Assembly (NCBI RefSeq): GCF_009914755.1
Contig: NC_060930.1
Strand: one strand, 5' to 3'
DNA: 64,000 nt
Origin: the human T2T-CHM13v2.0 reference genome, Homo sapiens
Below are positions 1 to 12,809 of the stretch, one piece after another; the first letter of the stretch is position 1, and every line of letters begins with the position of its first letter. Below the pieces are notes generated by a model. It worked only from the letters and a program-made list of their open reading frames with translations, searched no databases and was not told where the DNA came from. A program made the translations under genes and the position numbers.

Positions 1-1179
1 GGGACATTGTGAGATTGAGGTTGGTATGTTTACAGCACAGAAGAGGATGCTACAAAGTCCCTTGAGAGCAAATCTTGTGTAAGAAATTTTTCCATTTGAT
101 ATCCGGAGCTCTTGAGCTGTATAATTAGTATAATATCCTATTCCATTACCCTATTGATAGAAGAGTCATAAAGATTACTGAATTACAAAAATGAATGAGA
201 TATAGGGAAGATTTGTCATATAATTCCTTTTAAGAATTTTACAGATAACCATGTTATAATAATTATGCTAGAAAAAGAAAAGGTAGCATTGTCAACCTCA
301 TATAGAGCATGACTTCTGTGGAGTTTCCAGAAGCTATTAATCTGAGAATATATTTTTTGAAGTGCTGAACTTTTAGTCACTTGGATGCAAAGAGGTTTCA
401 AGAACTATCGCTGCTTTGAATGGAACTGTAGTTTCTTTTGCCTTGAGGCCATCAGCAAGTGCCTACATCCATACCCTAGATACAGGGATCTTGAAGAAAA
501 GCTGCCAACAATGTGCACAGAAGAATTTGTTGCTAAAAAGCAGCAGAGCTGTCAACTGGTTTCAATGACAGCTCCATTATCACACTGATTGATTGTAAAA
601 AGGAGAAAAAAGGAGCAAGAAAAAAAACTCTCATCCCTTTACTGGCTGAGCAAATTCTAAACAGAATTCTTCAGTAAGCTTACCAAGAGGCAAAACAATA
701 ACTTTCTAAGTCTTGGTGTAACTTATAAAGAAACTGAAATCCCTGCATTTTTCAGCGTTTTCTCATTTAATGACAGTTGAATTTTTTTTTATTGCTCCAG
801 ACCTTATTTTCTTTTGCTAGTTGTCATTTTTGTAGGTAATGCACTGATCTGCAGCGACTGAGGAAGAAAAAAAATTCACACAATTCTTGTCCGTCTGTGG
901 CCAACAAGTCTCATAAATCTTCAGACCGATTTCCAGACTAAAGGAGTCTGTTTCCCAAGGATTTATTTTCCAGTAATGAAGCCTCAAGTCAGCTTCTGTG
1001 AAGGAACATAGACCAGAGGAGGAAGAGCATGGCTCATTTCTTCCTAGTTGTGTGGTGCCTCTGAAGATGCCTGCCCAAACTTTGGTAAAGCTGAAATGCA
1101 CACTACCCTGGGTCCCTGACCTTGAGGAATGAGTCTAAAGAGTAAAGCGAGAAACATAGTAGTCAAAACTGAAGACTGC

Positions 1180-1260
1180 AACATTTGCTTGCTGTGTGAC
1201 TTATGGTTGTTCACTCACCTTCTCTGTTCATATCTCCTCATGTATAAAATAAAAGAGATG
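1180..1260 (+). mobile_element. MIR SINE fragment
   Basis: gctgtgtgactt...cacctt...ctcctcatgtataaaat resembles the MIR core. Confidence 0.55.
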
Positions 1261-1705
1261 TTCTTGCTTAATGTTTTCCAAACTCAATAGGAGAGTGTGT
1301 CAAATAGCAAATTCTAATTCCTGAATCCCGTTGAGTTCTTTCAGAATAGTAAATCTCCACGTACTGGAAAAAGTGTTATGAAAAGCAGGATGGCAGCCCT
1401 GCAGTCAGCCGGTACCAAAGGAAGAAACATGTGGTTTTCCTTTTTTGAGAATGTTCTGAGAACTGACACTTTAACCAGAGATAAGTAAAGGTGAAGTCAA
1501 AGGATTTTAATTTTATTAATCACAAATGAGACATCAGCAAAGCTGCAGGTTAGAGAGGAGCAAAAGAGAGCACACACTGGCCCTGTCACTTTAAAATTCC
1601 GAAGTTCCTTATGTGGGAAAAGAGAATCTTACTAGACCTTGAGCTTTAAGAGGTTTTTTAATTGAAGAAAATATTTATCCATGGGCAAAAGATTGCTTCC
1701 TTTAC

Positions 1706-1708
<3 letters not shown>

Positions 1709-1747
<39 letters not shown>

Positions 1748-1753
1748 ACACAC
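1709..1753. repeat. (CA)n microsatellite
   Basis: about 19 perfect AC units plus a short imperfect extension. Confidence 0.97.
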
Positions 1754-1839
1754 CCCATCTTGAACAGGCACTTTCCCATACATATGGTACAACTCATATT
1801 TCATTCTAGGGATACCTACTATGTGACAATGTGTTCGGG

Positions 1840-1960
1840 GGCCATGAGTGGCAGCTCATGCCTGTAGTCTCAACACTTTAGGAGGCCGAGGTGGGAGGGT
1901 CACTTAGTTCAGGAGCTCGCGAGCCAGCCTGGGCAACATGGTGAGCTCCTGTCTCTAAAT
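1840..1960 (+). mobile_element. Alu left monomer (FLAM-like)
   Basis: ggcc...gctcatgcctgtagtctcaacactttaggaggccgaggtgggagg...cagcctgggcaacatggtgag...tctct; single monomer whose tail decays into (TA)/(TG) repeats to ~2015. Confidence 0.88.
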
Positions 1961-3159
1961 ATAAATATATAAATATATGTATGTGTGTGTGTGGACATAT
2001 ATATATATATATATCTCCAGGATCACAGTCTTATGCAGATCAGAGATGACAATCTCTAAAACTTGTCTAGTTTTTCCTATTACAGCATCCATGGAAGACA
2101 CTACTAGATAGTCAGAGAAAGTATGATCAGCCATCTACTGTCAATGGTCCAAATTGGCACCAAGTTGAAACCCATTTTCAATCCCTATTATAAACAAAAG
2201 AGCCCCGGCTTTTAGGTCAGAGGACCTGATTTCTAATGCTGACTGTATAATGCTTTGGCCAGCCTATCAATTCCCCAGGCCTCCTTGGCATTTCTGGTAA
2301 AAAAGACATTTTAACTAGGTACCCTCCAAGGCTACTATCAGCTTAATGATTTGTAATTCTAATATACACAGATGGTTTTTTAATTGCCCTACTAGAAAAT
2401 CCATCTCCACTACTATTATGTTTGTTAACATTAATGTATGATATTACACAACTATCATGTAGTTTTTGGCCCACATAACACCACTGCCACCACAAAAACA
2501 ACCCTTTCAGACAAGCCAATATATTAAAATTCACTAGCCATCTATAACCCACCCCATTTGCATGAGTTAATCAGATTCTTTCTAATTGAAGAGCAAGTCT
2601 ACACTTCTTTTGCACATTCTCTTTTGTTTTACTAATTACAAATGTAATGCAATCAATTATTTTAACTACAACATCAGAAATTACCATGTATTTATAGAAA
2701 TCCTGGTCATCAGGAGATTTCTTTCAGAAGATTCTGGAATCTTTATTTTCTAATGACTATCCCCATCTTCCATAATTTTGTACTTATTCCCACTTCTCTG
2801 AAAGTATTAGTAACTGGCAGAGAAAGGAATAGTAGAGCCCATCTCCAATAGCACACTTGATTGGATTTTGGTATTTCAGTGATAGAGTATTTCATTATTG
2901 GTACTGTTCTTTATCTCCATGGATAAACTAAAAACAAATCCTATTTTTTATTACATAAAAGAATAAAATATAGCACAATGAAAGGAGAGCAATTTTAGAT
3001 TTAAAGGAGTGTGTGTCTCAGGAAAAAATATAAGAAAAACACCTCTGATTGCCAATTCAATCCCAAAAAGGGTAATGAATTAATCAAGAAAATTAAATCA
3101 TGGACATGATTACCCAGTCTTACCTTCAGTAGGGAATCCGCCTAGAAATAAGGAAATCA

Positions 3160-3282
3160 TATTCCTTGCCATATGATATTGGACAAGTTGTTTCACCACT
3201 GAAGCCTACTGCGTGTATTTCAAAATGAGGAGGATATTGTCACCTAATCTATAAAAGTCTGTAAGAGTATGAAGATATGTAA
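3160..3282 (+). mobile_element. MIR fragment
   Basis: tgatattggacaagttgtttcaccactgaagcct...caaaatgaggaggatatt. Confidence 0.5.
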
Positions 3283-3462
3283 CCTCACATTTAATATTAT
3301 ATAATCATTACATATAGTTGCACATTAAATTGATCTCTTTCTCAGTCTGGAAAAATAGATGATTTTACAGCTTAGATATTTATGATCTGAAACACCCCAC
3401 CCCTTTATGTGATGTGAAATAATTGATTTGTTCTATTATGTATAAATAATCAAAAATTATAA

Positions 3463-4100
<638 letters not shown>

Positions 4101-4465
4101 TAACCTGAGTTGCTACAGCTAATAATTAGGGAAGCCTGGACTCAAGCCCTAATGTGTATTACTGCAAAATTCATATTTTAACCCCCAATAAGAACAGCTT
4201 TGTACTTATCCAGTCACTGACAATTTCCAGTGTAGCAAAAGAGAATAGAGTATATTCTGAAAATAGAAGACAATGGCAATTTAACCATTTTAACTTTAAC
4301 TTGCCTAACAATTATGTTGCAATGATGTGGATTCAATTAAAATATACTCAAATTGCTTCCATTTTGAAATATTAAAACCAGAAAATGGGATATGGGTTAC
4401 TATGGATACGATGAGTAAAACCTACCTTTGCAAGCAAACATCATGGAAGCTATTAGTCCAAGAAT

Positions 4466-4570
4466 AGACTTTAAGCTCCATGAGTACAAGAGACTATGTC
4501 TAGGTAGTTTACCACCATGGCTTCAGGTTCTGGCACCACATCATCAGGTCTTCCACATACTAGGTAAACA
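4466..4570 (+). mobile_element. L2 3' end fragment
   Basis: tagactttaagctccatgag...gactatgtct resembles the L2 terminal consensus. Confidence 0.5.
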
Positions 4571-4609
4571 GCTAACATTCCAAGAGACCTCACCGGGGGG
4601 CCAGATACT

Positions 4610-4770
4610 GTAATAAATACTTTTTTAACATTATTTCATTTCATCTCTACGTGAATGCTGTGAGGTCTATTATCTCCATTTATGCATTAGGAAACAGACT
4701 TAGAAAAAGTAAAGTCAAATCCAAGGTAATAAAGTTTGTGAATGGTTCTACAGGAATATCAAACCATAGC
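4610..4770 (-). mobile_element. MIR fragment
   Basis: attatttcatttcatctc...tgtgaggtctattatctccattt...ggaaacagacttagaaaaagtaaag. Confidence 0.6.
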
Positions 4771-5579
4771 TTAATAAATTACTAATCTTCACTTTTGGGA
4801 TAATATAAAGGACAATGCACATTCACTAGCTGCCTAGACAAACCCCTAGCATCTATGTAATTAACTTCTTCCAGAATAGTTGGAAATCTTGATTATAACG
4901 GTAATCATTGACAACTTCCTAGTATCATCATTGAGAGTGACAATCAATAGAAAGCTAATGGCTTTGGACCTAGACTTTTCTCCTCAGAGCCATCAGCCCA
5001 GCAGGCAACCCGTGAAGTCCAGATACTATTCACAAAAGCATTTTGAATTAAGAGAATTATTAACCTAGAAAATATAACCAAAATTGTAGATTGTGCTTTA
5101 TCAGAAAGGACACTTTTGAGAGTTATCAAGCAAACAATTAAATTCTTTCAGCTTTACCAGGTGCAAGCGTATGGCTTTCTGAGCAAACTGATTCCTCATA
5201 TTTGGGATGCATGCCTTGAGAAGGTTGTTTAAAAACAGAAATACAAGAACAATTGATCACATCAGTAATCCTGATGATTATACAACAGATGGTAGCCTCT
5301 TAACACAGACAGACCAAATAGCATGACACATGTCCCCCAGATCATCTTAAATGGAGCAGAACTAGCTACCACAAAGAGAGGCTGTGATGTTCCGCAAGTA
5401 TGATCAGAGCAGCATTCGTTTCCAACAGTCCACATCCAGTCCCTCATCCACACTTTCAGCTAAAAAAAAGCCACACCATCTATGCTATGTTTAATGATGA
5501 ATAAATCCTCTCAATTCCATAGAGCCACTGATTATATACATCCCTTCGAAGTATCACTGTATTTGTAGCTAGGAATTAC

Positions 5580-5827
5580 ATAATCATAATAAAATGTATT
5601 GATTACCATGCACTTACTGCATTCTGTGCACACAGTATTATGTACTGTGCTAAGAGTTCTACATATATTATCCCATTTAATCTTCAAAACAACACAGTGA
5701 TGTTAATGCAATTACAATCCCATTTTACAGAAAAGGAAAGTGAAAATTTCATTGGTTAAATTACTTGCACAAAATCAAACTCAAGCCTCTCTTACACCCT
5801 TTCATTTGCTCTTAAGCACTATACTCT
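5580..5827 (-). mobile_element. MIR
   Basis: actgtgctaagag...tattatcccatttaatcttcaaaacaac...cccattttacagaaaaggaaagtga...ggttaaattacttgc. Confidence 0.75.
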
Positions 5828-5984
5828 GCTTTATTTATCTGGCAGAGACTTCAGTAATAGATAATTCTGGAGTCAGAGGAGTGGCACAGAGCAAACTCTG
5901 CAACCTCGACATCAAACAACTCTTGGGTCAGACAGAGCTAGTGACAGGAAACAGTATTCAGCCCAGATGAAGAGATGTAAATGA

Positions 5985-6650
5985 AAAGACTGCTTACAGA
6001 GGTGTTGGCAGTGTTAATGCATGACAGAAAGAAGGGTGAGGCTTCCCAAGATTACCAATAGAGGAAATCAAGGGAAAAACAGTATTATTGGGCCAATGGA
6101 AACAAACCACAGAAGAGTTGTAGCTGTATAACGTCAAGGCACTAGAGCGAAGAGAAAATAGGGAAAAAATCTCTTTCACTCTCTCTCTCGCCCCCTAGCC
6201 TCTTCTATCTCTCCTCCCTTTTCCAATATTTGCCAGTACTTCTCATTGGCAGACTCAACTGAAAGGCATTCAGGCCAGGCACAGTGCCTTATGCCTGTAA
6301 TCCCAACACTTTGGAGGCCAAGGCGGGGGGATCACTTGAGGTCAGGAGTTCAAGACCAGCCTGGCCGACATGGTGAAACCATGTCTCTACTAAAAATACA
6401 AAAAAAAAAAAAAAAAAAAGTATCTGGGCATGGTGGCAGGTGCCTGTAATCCCAACTATTCAGGAGGCTGAGGCACAAGAATCACTTGAACCCAGGAGGT
6501 AGAGGTTGCAGTGAGCAGAGATCATGCCACTGCACTCTAGCCTAGGCAATAGAGCAAGACTCAGTCTGAAAAAAGAGAAGAAAAAAAAAGAAAAAAGAAA
6601 GGCATTCAGCAAAGGAGCCAAGAGGAGATAGTCTTCAAGCCACAGTGTCA
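5985..6650 (-). mobile_element. Old MLT1-type LTR relic split by an Alu
   Basis: ttacagaggtgttggcagtgttaa...tgccagtacttctcattggcagactcaactgaaagg...caaaggagcc resembles old MLT1 LTRs; orientation tentative. Confidence 0.5.
6273..6596 (+). mobile_element. Full-length AluS
   Basis: dimeric Alu with expanded middle A-tract; TSD gaaaggcattca (6261-6272 / 6597-6608). Confidence 0.97.
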
Positions 6651-8587
6651 GAGAGATCATGCTCCTACCTCTATGCTGAGACTTAATGTCAAGGTTGGAT
6701 ATCTAAACTAACCTGATAGATATTCAAAACATTTATCACTTTACAGTTTGTGGCCTTCATACTTTGACCTACTGCTCTACACAGTTTCTTTCTCCTTAGA
6801 TACACTCTTATGTTAACCAGATGTCACAGATTAGCCCTATTCTATAGAGGCGCAAAACCTCTTTGTGGTGGGACGAAATGAAGAACGTCTTGAAAATGAT
6901 ACCCTATAGTCATCAAGCTGTATTCTTCCTGATAAAGCTTTTCATGAATTCCCTATTTCCAATGTGGATAGCATAAGCTCATTCATTTTTCAAGTTTCAG
7001 AAAACCCAGTAATCTAGGTCTACAAAAATGATATATGGGATATAATGATATAATCAGAGCCAAAAGATGGAGACTATGTGGAAATAAAGATGTATAAGGA
7101 CGTATGGGTTGGTGAAGGCTGACAGGCAGAAATTAGTTATAAGCAGGCTAAAGAAAATGATTCTTATCAATTGTGACATGATCAAGAATGTGTCCCTGGA
7201 TACCCATGGAGACAGGGATAAGCTACAGACAGAGATAGAGATAAGCCAAAAGACAGTGACAAAGGAATGGTTTAAGAATCGTTCTACCAAGATTCAAGTC
7301 AGTTAATATTTAAATAATGTTCTCGTTTTCAGGAGACTTAAAACTAATTCAAATCAGTACTTACTCTTTTGCTTAGCATTTCTAACTTTTCAAATTAACA
7401 GAAGCAATAAAGCAGTCCCTGGGACAGGTAGTCAATTAAGTAGTGTGTTTGTAGAATATTCTCAACAGTAATCGATTAAGAAAAAACAATGTCACTATCT
7501 CATTGTGTGAGGCTTTTCTTTTTTAATCCCGAGAATGACCCTAAATAAGTTTTCATTGGTAAGCGGAGAAGCACTGTACATGAAGCAACAAAATTGGGTA
7601 AATAAACAAAGCAAAGTAAATTGCTATTTGTAATGTTACTTATTTCATTAGTCTAACACCTTTAAGGGAACACTAAGAGCCATGCGTTGAAATTACACAT
7701 GCCAATTTGGCCATTTTCTATGATCCATTAGGCTTTCTTCAATAGAAAATTAATTATGTTGCCATTCCATAATTCTCTCCTGAAACTTTATGCAGGTGTC
7801 AAGAATGCATTTGACACAATTTAGGGCCCCATAATGCCTTTAACTAAAACATTTAGAACAGGGTGCATAAATGGGGAATTGCTATGGATTGAAATGCATA
7901 TAAATAAATGAAAGTGGCAACTTTTGAGAAACAAAACATTAAACATACTTCAGGGAACTTATAGCATGGCTTTTCCAAGAATGTATTTTTGGTGCTTTGC
8001 TTTATTTCTGTATTTAGATTTGCCTTTTTCATATTAAGATCTTGTCTTACAGGTCTTTGAAAGAAAAGTGAAGACTACAGTGACAAATGCTTTTTCCTGA
8101 GGTCCTATAGAAAATCTTCAGCAATGTCATTGATTCCTCCCACGTCACATAATTCATGCTTATGTTTTATCAACTATCTCAGTAAAACATATCAACTTTT
8201 AATTTTTAAAATTATCATTCACAATCTCATGTCTTTCCTTTTGTACTTATATTCTGATATAAAGCCTGTACATTCAAGTCAAGACTGCTAAAGGAAAAAA
8301 AAAACTTAGAAATTTGTTCTCTGCTATAAAAGTTAAGTTTGAAATGTAGCATGATTTTCCAACTGCAATTGATCTGCCACATATGAGGATTGTCAGAAAA
8401 ATGCCCCCCAATTTTATGGTTACACTCTCCTCAGATCTTTGTATTGACAAGCTGTAAAACAGTCCAAATTTTCTTTAAAAATGTGGATTTTTTCAACCCA
8501 GTATTACTTTAAAAGGCCTTGGCTAAAAATTGTGATGTCAGATATGGAGAGTGTTTAATGTTTTGTGAAGCAATGTGATAGGTATTG

Positions 8588-8710
8588 CCTCATCACATCT
8601 TTACAGCAATCTGATGAGACAGAAAAGGCAGAAAGTATGATCCCATTTTGCAGTACAGGGAGCTGAGGTTTAAAGAGGTTAATGACTTGTCCATTTACTC
8701 AATCAGATTT
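8588..8710 (-). mobile_element. MIR fragment
   Basis: atcccattttgcag...gagctgaggtttaaagaggttaatgacttgtcca. Confidence 0.65.
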
Positions 8711-11700
8711 TGATGGAAAGGATACCAGACAAACATGAAACACCTAATTTTTGTTCCTTGACTTCCTGGGAGTATGGAGCTTAATTTAGAGGAGTAAAGG
8801 ACTCCAAACACCCCAGCTTTCTTGGATCATGAAGAAACTCAATACTAGAGCCCTATACAATGATCACCTCTATCTCCTTAGGCAAAGCATAGTAAGGAAC
8901 CCTTTTGGGAGTGTACATCCCAGGAACTCAGCCAGCCATGAAGTCTGCTACTGGTTAATTCCTTTGCTTTTTAAATCCACTTGTGGACTTTAAGGTAGAA
9001 TTCTAAGTTTTCTGAGTTTTATCTCCGGTTGGGCCATGGACATGCTATCTTATCCTGGAAAATGAACTTGACTCCCCTTCTTAACTAGCTGCATGCAAAT
9101 TGGGTATAATGAGAAAGATCTCTCAGGAGTGGCACACACATCCTTTTATAATTTCTACATTCCATCAATTCAGAGGAAAATGCTATGTCAAATACAAATT
9201 AGGATTAGTTTAGATGCCAGCAAATCTTAAGCAAGCAGGGTAGGTGGAGATATTGATCAATAATGACTTCTTCAAAAAATAAATGGCATCAAGTATCTGT
9301 AACACTGGAAAATACATTTCAAAGACTGACACCAGCATGTAGTCTTTCCACTGGGAATATAAATGTATAATGATGAAAAAAATTCAGAGTTGTGCTCATT
9401 TTGTTTAAAAACAAAACAAAACTTCAAAACACTCCAGAAAAAAAATCAAGCAAGATTTCAAAGAATATTTCAACTGACCAAGTAGATGCTTCCTGCTTGC
9501 CTTGGCTGACCATTTCATTTAGTCATTACCATCTCTTCCTATTATCTTCTCTACTCCAACAATTATTTGTCCAATGAAACAATCTGTACTACACATCAGA
9601 TAAAAGTATTTGGCTGCCCTGCGTTTTGTCTCATTCTAGGTGGGCAAAGTTATTAAAAAAGACAATTTAATATGTCAAGAATAGAGTTCATTTCCAACAG
9701 GTTCTGAAGGTGTTGCAGACCCCCTCCACCAGCAATAGAGTGTGAATGATTTTTCTGTAGACCACAGGGAATGATTTATGAATGATGCCTGCAGAAAAGA
9801 CCAGCACCGTTCTCCTAATTAATCAAATTCCAAAGCACCTTAACAAAAGATGCCATTCTGGTCATTGGAAGCTCATTAGCTGAAAATGACCCCTACTTTT
9901 CCAATAGCCTTAAAAGAAACCATATAATGAAAATAATCTATCAGCTAGGAAGTGGTGAGTGCTATCTCTTAGTGATACAGCAAACCCAGTGGTATGTTTA
10001 ATATAAATAAAGTCCACCAAATTTGCATAATTCGTGAAGGAATTTTAATGTATGTTTGTAAAACAAGAAACGACCTTCCCCCAAAAGGTACTAAAACTAA
10101 ATAGCTGGTTTCAAGTGACTCCTCACCTTGTTTACCAGTTCTGAGAAGTATTTTTTCTTTCTCTTTGTTTTAAAAATGAATTTCACTGTGTTGAAACAAT
10201 GTAGATAGTCTTTTTGGTATATTGTGTTTATCATAACAAAACCCAATCCATACCATTGTTTGGTAAGCTGGGAGATACAATTCATCAATGAAGATAGCAA
10301 AGGAAATGCTACTGAGAAATATTCAGCAGAGCTACCCACACAGCAAACCTTTACTATGCCTCCACTTCCAATCTGGTTTAACGTTGAATATTTTACTGCA
10401 TACACTCTTTCTTCTTTTGGCCTCAGATACAATAAACGGATGCATCATCACGATCTCAAATAACCCAAGGAACACCAGTGGAGAACACAGGGTCCGTTAG
10501 TGATCATTACTAAAATGCATCCAAAATCAAAAGAGATATCTCCAAAATTCTTGATATGGAAGGGAGGAGGTATGGTACAAGTAACTTATGTAAGAAGCAG
10601 CTCACAGAGGGTTGGCTGTGAAGTGGCAATGAAGGGCTGAACAGCAAAGTGAGCATCCTTGAAGACCACAATGATGGACTTCATGAACATTGCAATGATC
10701 ATGCCCCCTGGGCTACTTTTAGCAATGATGTCAGATAAGCTCAAACCTTCACCCCTCCTTCCACAGTGAGTACCTCTGTGAGTAGAGCAACTAAAAGTAC
10801 CTTTGGAAATCTACAGGAATGAACTGAATTTCAAACTGTTCCTAGGCAATAATCGTATCTTTTGTGCTATGTCCTGTGATAATTAAACAATTCCCCACTG
10901 GCATCGCATTGAGCTAATATGCTCCTTTACCCATAGGCCACTAAAGCCTTATATTAACCATCCAGTAATGTGACGGCTTTGCCCTCCTACTGTCACAATT
11001 ATTTTTAATATGCCAGGTAAGATGAACCCATTATGATAATGTCTTATCTCGGACTTTCCCCAAACAATTCATAGTGCTTCCAAATATCTTACCTCAAAGC
11101 CTCCCCACATTCCTTCAGGAAAGATAGGTAGAGTTGCTGCCATTCCCAATTTACATCAAAGTAAATGGGGGTCTTGGCTGATTAGGGCTGATCCAACTAT
11201 TCTGACAGCATTACCTGAGTCAGTTCAATAGACACAGCATTTGAATTAAGTCGTATCATCCACATCAGATCTATATGATTGCTGTGGGTAAGCCAAGAGC
11301 CCTCAGTCCTGGTGAAGAGACATGACAGTGTCATCATCAGTTGTAAAGCATGCTGCAAAGATATTTGTTACTCATGAGAATTAAAATGTGAGAAAGCATA
11401 AATGATTGTCTCTTTTCATTCATTGTAGCAGGCTCAAATTTCTCTCTTAAATGACCTTGTCACACATCTAATATCTGATCTCTCCCCCAGAAAGAAAAGG
11501 GTGGTATTAAATCTGGCCCAAAGGGAATTTACAGATCATACATATTCAATTATCAACAGCAACTTTTATATGGCTGAAGACTAGAGAAAAGGTTAAAAAA
11601 ATCTTCAATTCAAACTTGTTAGGCTGGATTTGCCTATTTACAGGACTAAAACAGCCCATTGTTTATGTGAAACATCCCAAACTTTATTGCGATTCCTATT

Positions 11701-11819
11701 GGCTTTGCCACAAGCCAAGGTAAAATCCCAGAGATAGCTGGTGATTTGCCCAAGGTCATAGGATGACCACACAGTGCAACCCAAGTGAAGGAAAATTCCT
11801 TCACAGGGGTAGAATAGGA

Positions 11820-12064
11820 TACTACTTCTCAGCTTGGGGCCTGGAGCTAAATTGCTTGGACTTAAATCTAACTATTACTTATTAGCTGTATAACTTAAGC
11901 ATGCTACTTTGCATTTCTATACCTCAGTTTCCATGTCTGTAAATTGGGCTAATAAAATCATTTTTGGTTTTATGGAGGTTAATCAAGTGAGCATTTGTAA
12001 AGTGATATACAATATCTAAGCTCATAGTACACACTCAATAAAGTCAAATAAACTTACTATTATT
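11820..12064 (+). mobile_element. MIR, near full length
   Basis: acttattagctgtataacttaagcatg...cctcagtttccatgtctgtaaattgggctaataa...cacactcaataaa. Confidence 0.8.
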
Positions 12065-12077
12065 TCTGAACCTAGTT

Positions 12078-12215
12078 AGTCATTAGAACCACCAAGGACC
12101 TTTTAAGACTGTTTTCCTGTCCCACTCATATTTACAAAACGACTGCATCAGGCGTATCCCAAGAAACTTAATTTATAAAAGCTCTCCAGTGAGTTCAGAG
12201 ATCAACTGAATTTTA
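12078..12215. mobile_element. MER5-like hAT relic
   Basis: cattagaaccacc...aaagctctccagtgagttc, degenerate. Confidence 0.35.
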
Positions 12216-12470
12216 GCTCTAACAAACCCTAATAATTATCTTAGAGTTACAAACTTCTCAGAAACAATTTATAGAAGGAAACAAAAATGTTTGCTTTCAT
12301 AGATATTACTTCACCAGTTTGCTTTTATTTAAATATACTCACACATCTAGCAAATCTAATTTATGTTAATTATTCACCACTATTGTTTATTGCAATAATT
12401 TCCATTTAACAATAAGAAATTACTTTCAATGAGCATGTGTCTTATTGAAGCTTAAACACAGTTGATACAG

Positions 12471-12803
12471 GTGGGGTGGTGGGGAAGCAAAACAGCAGAA
12501 GAGAAGCCTACCATATGAATATCCCCCACCAGGAACACCCAATTTTAACAATTATCTGCACACAGAAAAGCACCATTACAAGAACCAAAAATCAAGTAAG
12601 CAATTCACAGAAGTGTTTTAACTTCACCTCCTTGAAAGGAGCATTGAGAGGGGTCAGAGAGAGCACCTTGAATCACTGCCACCATCCATCCCCTTCTGCC
12701 CCAGCAGCAGCCGCACAGCACGGGGAGTCTGTGCACTTTGGGGAAGGAAAGCACAATGACTGGGGACTTTACATGGAACTCACTGCTGCCTCATCATAGC
12801 AGA
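12471..12803 (+). mobile_element. Isolated L1 5'UTR (L1M/L1MA-type 5' end)
   Basis: caggaacacccaattttaacaattatctgcacacagaaaagcacc...aagaaccaaaaatcaag...gtctgtgcactttggggaagg matches recalled L1M1/L1M2 5' consensus. Confidence 0.8.
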
Positions 12804-12809
12804 TGTATG

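Noticed and set aside
10097-10500. Three overlapping ORFs of 70-111 aa in unique DNA
   Set aside because: No recognisable domain or exon structure; within chance for six frames of 64 kb
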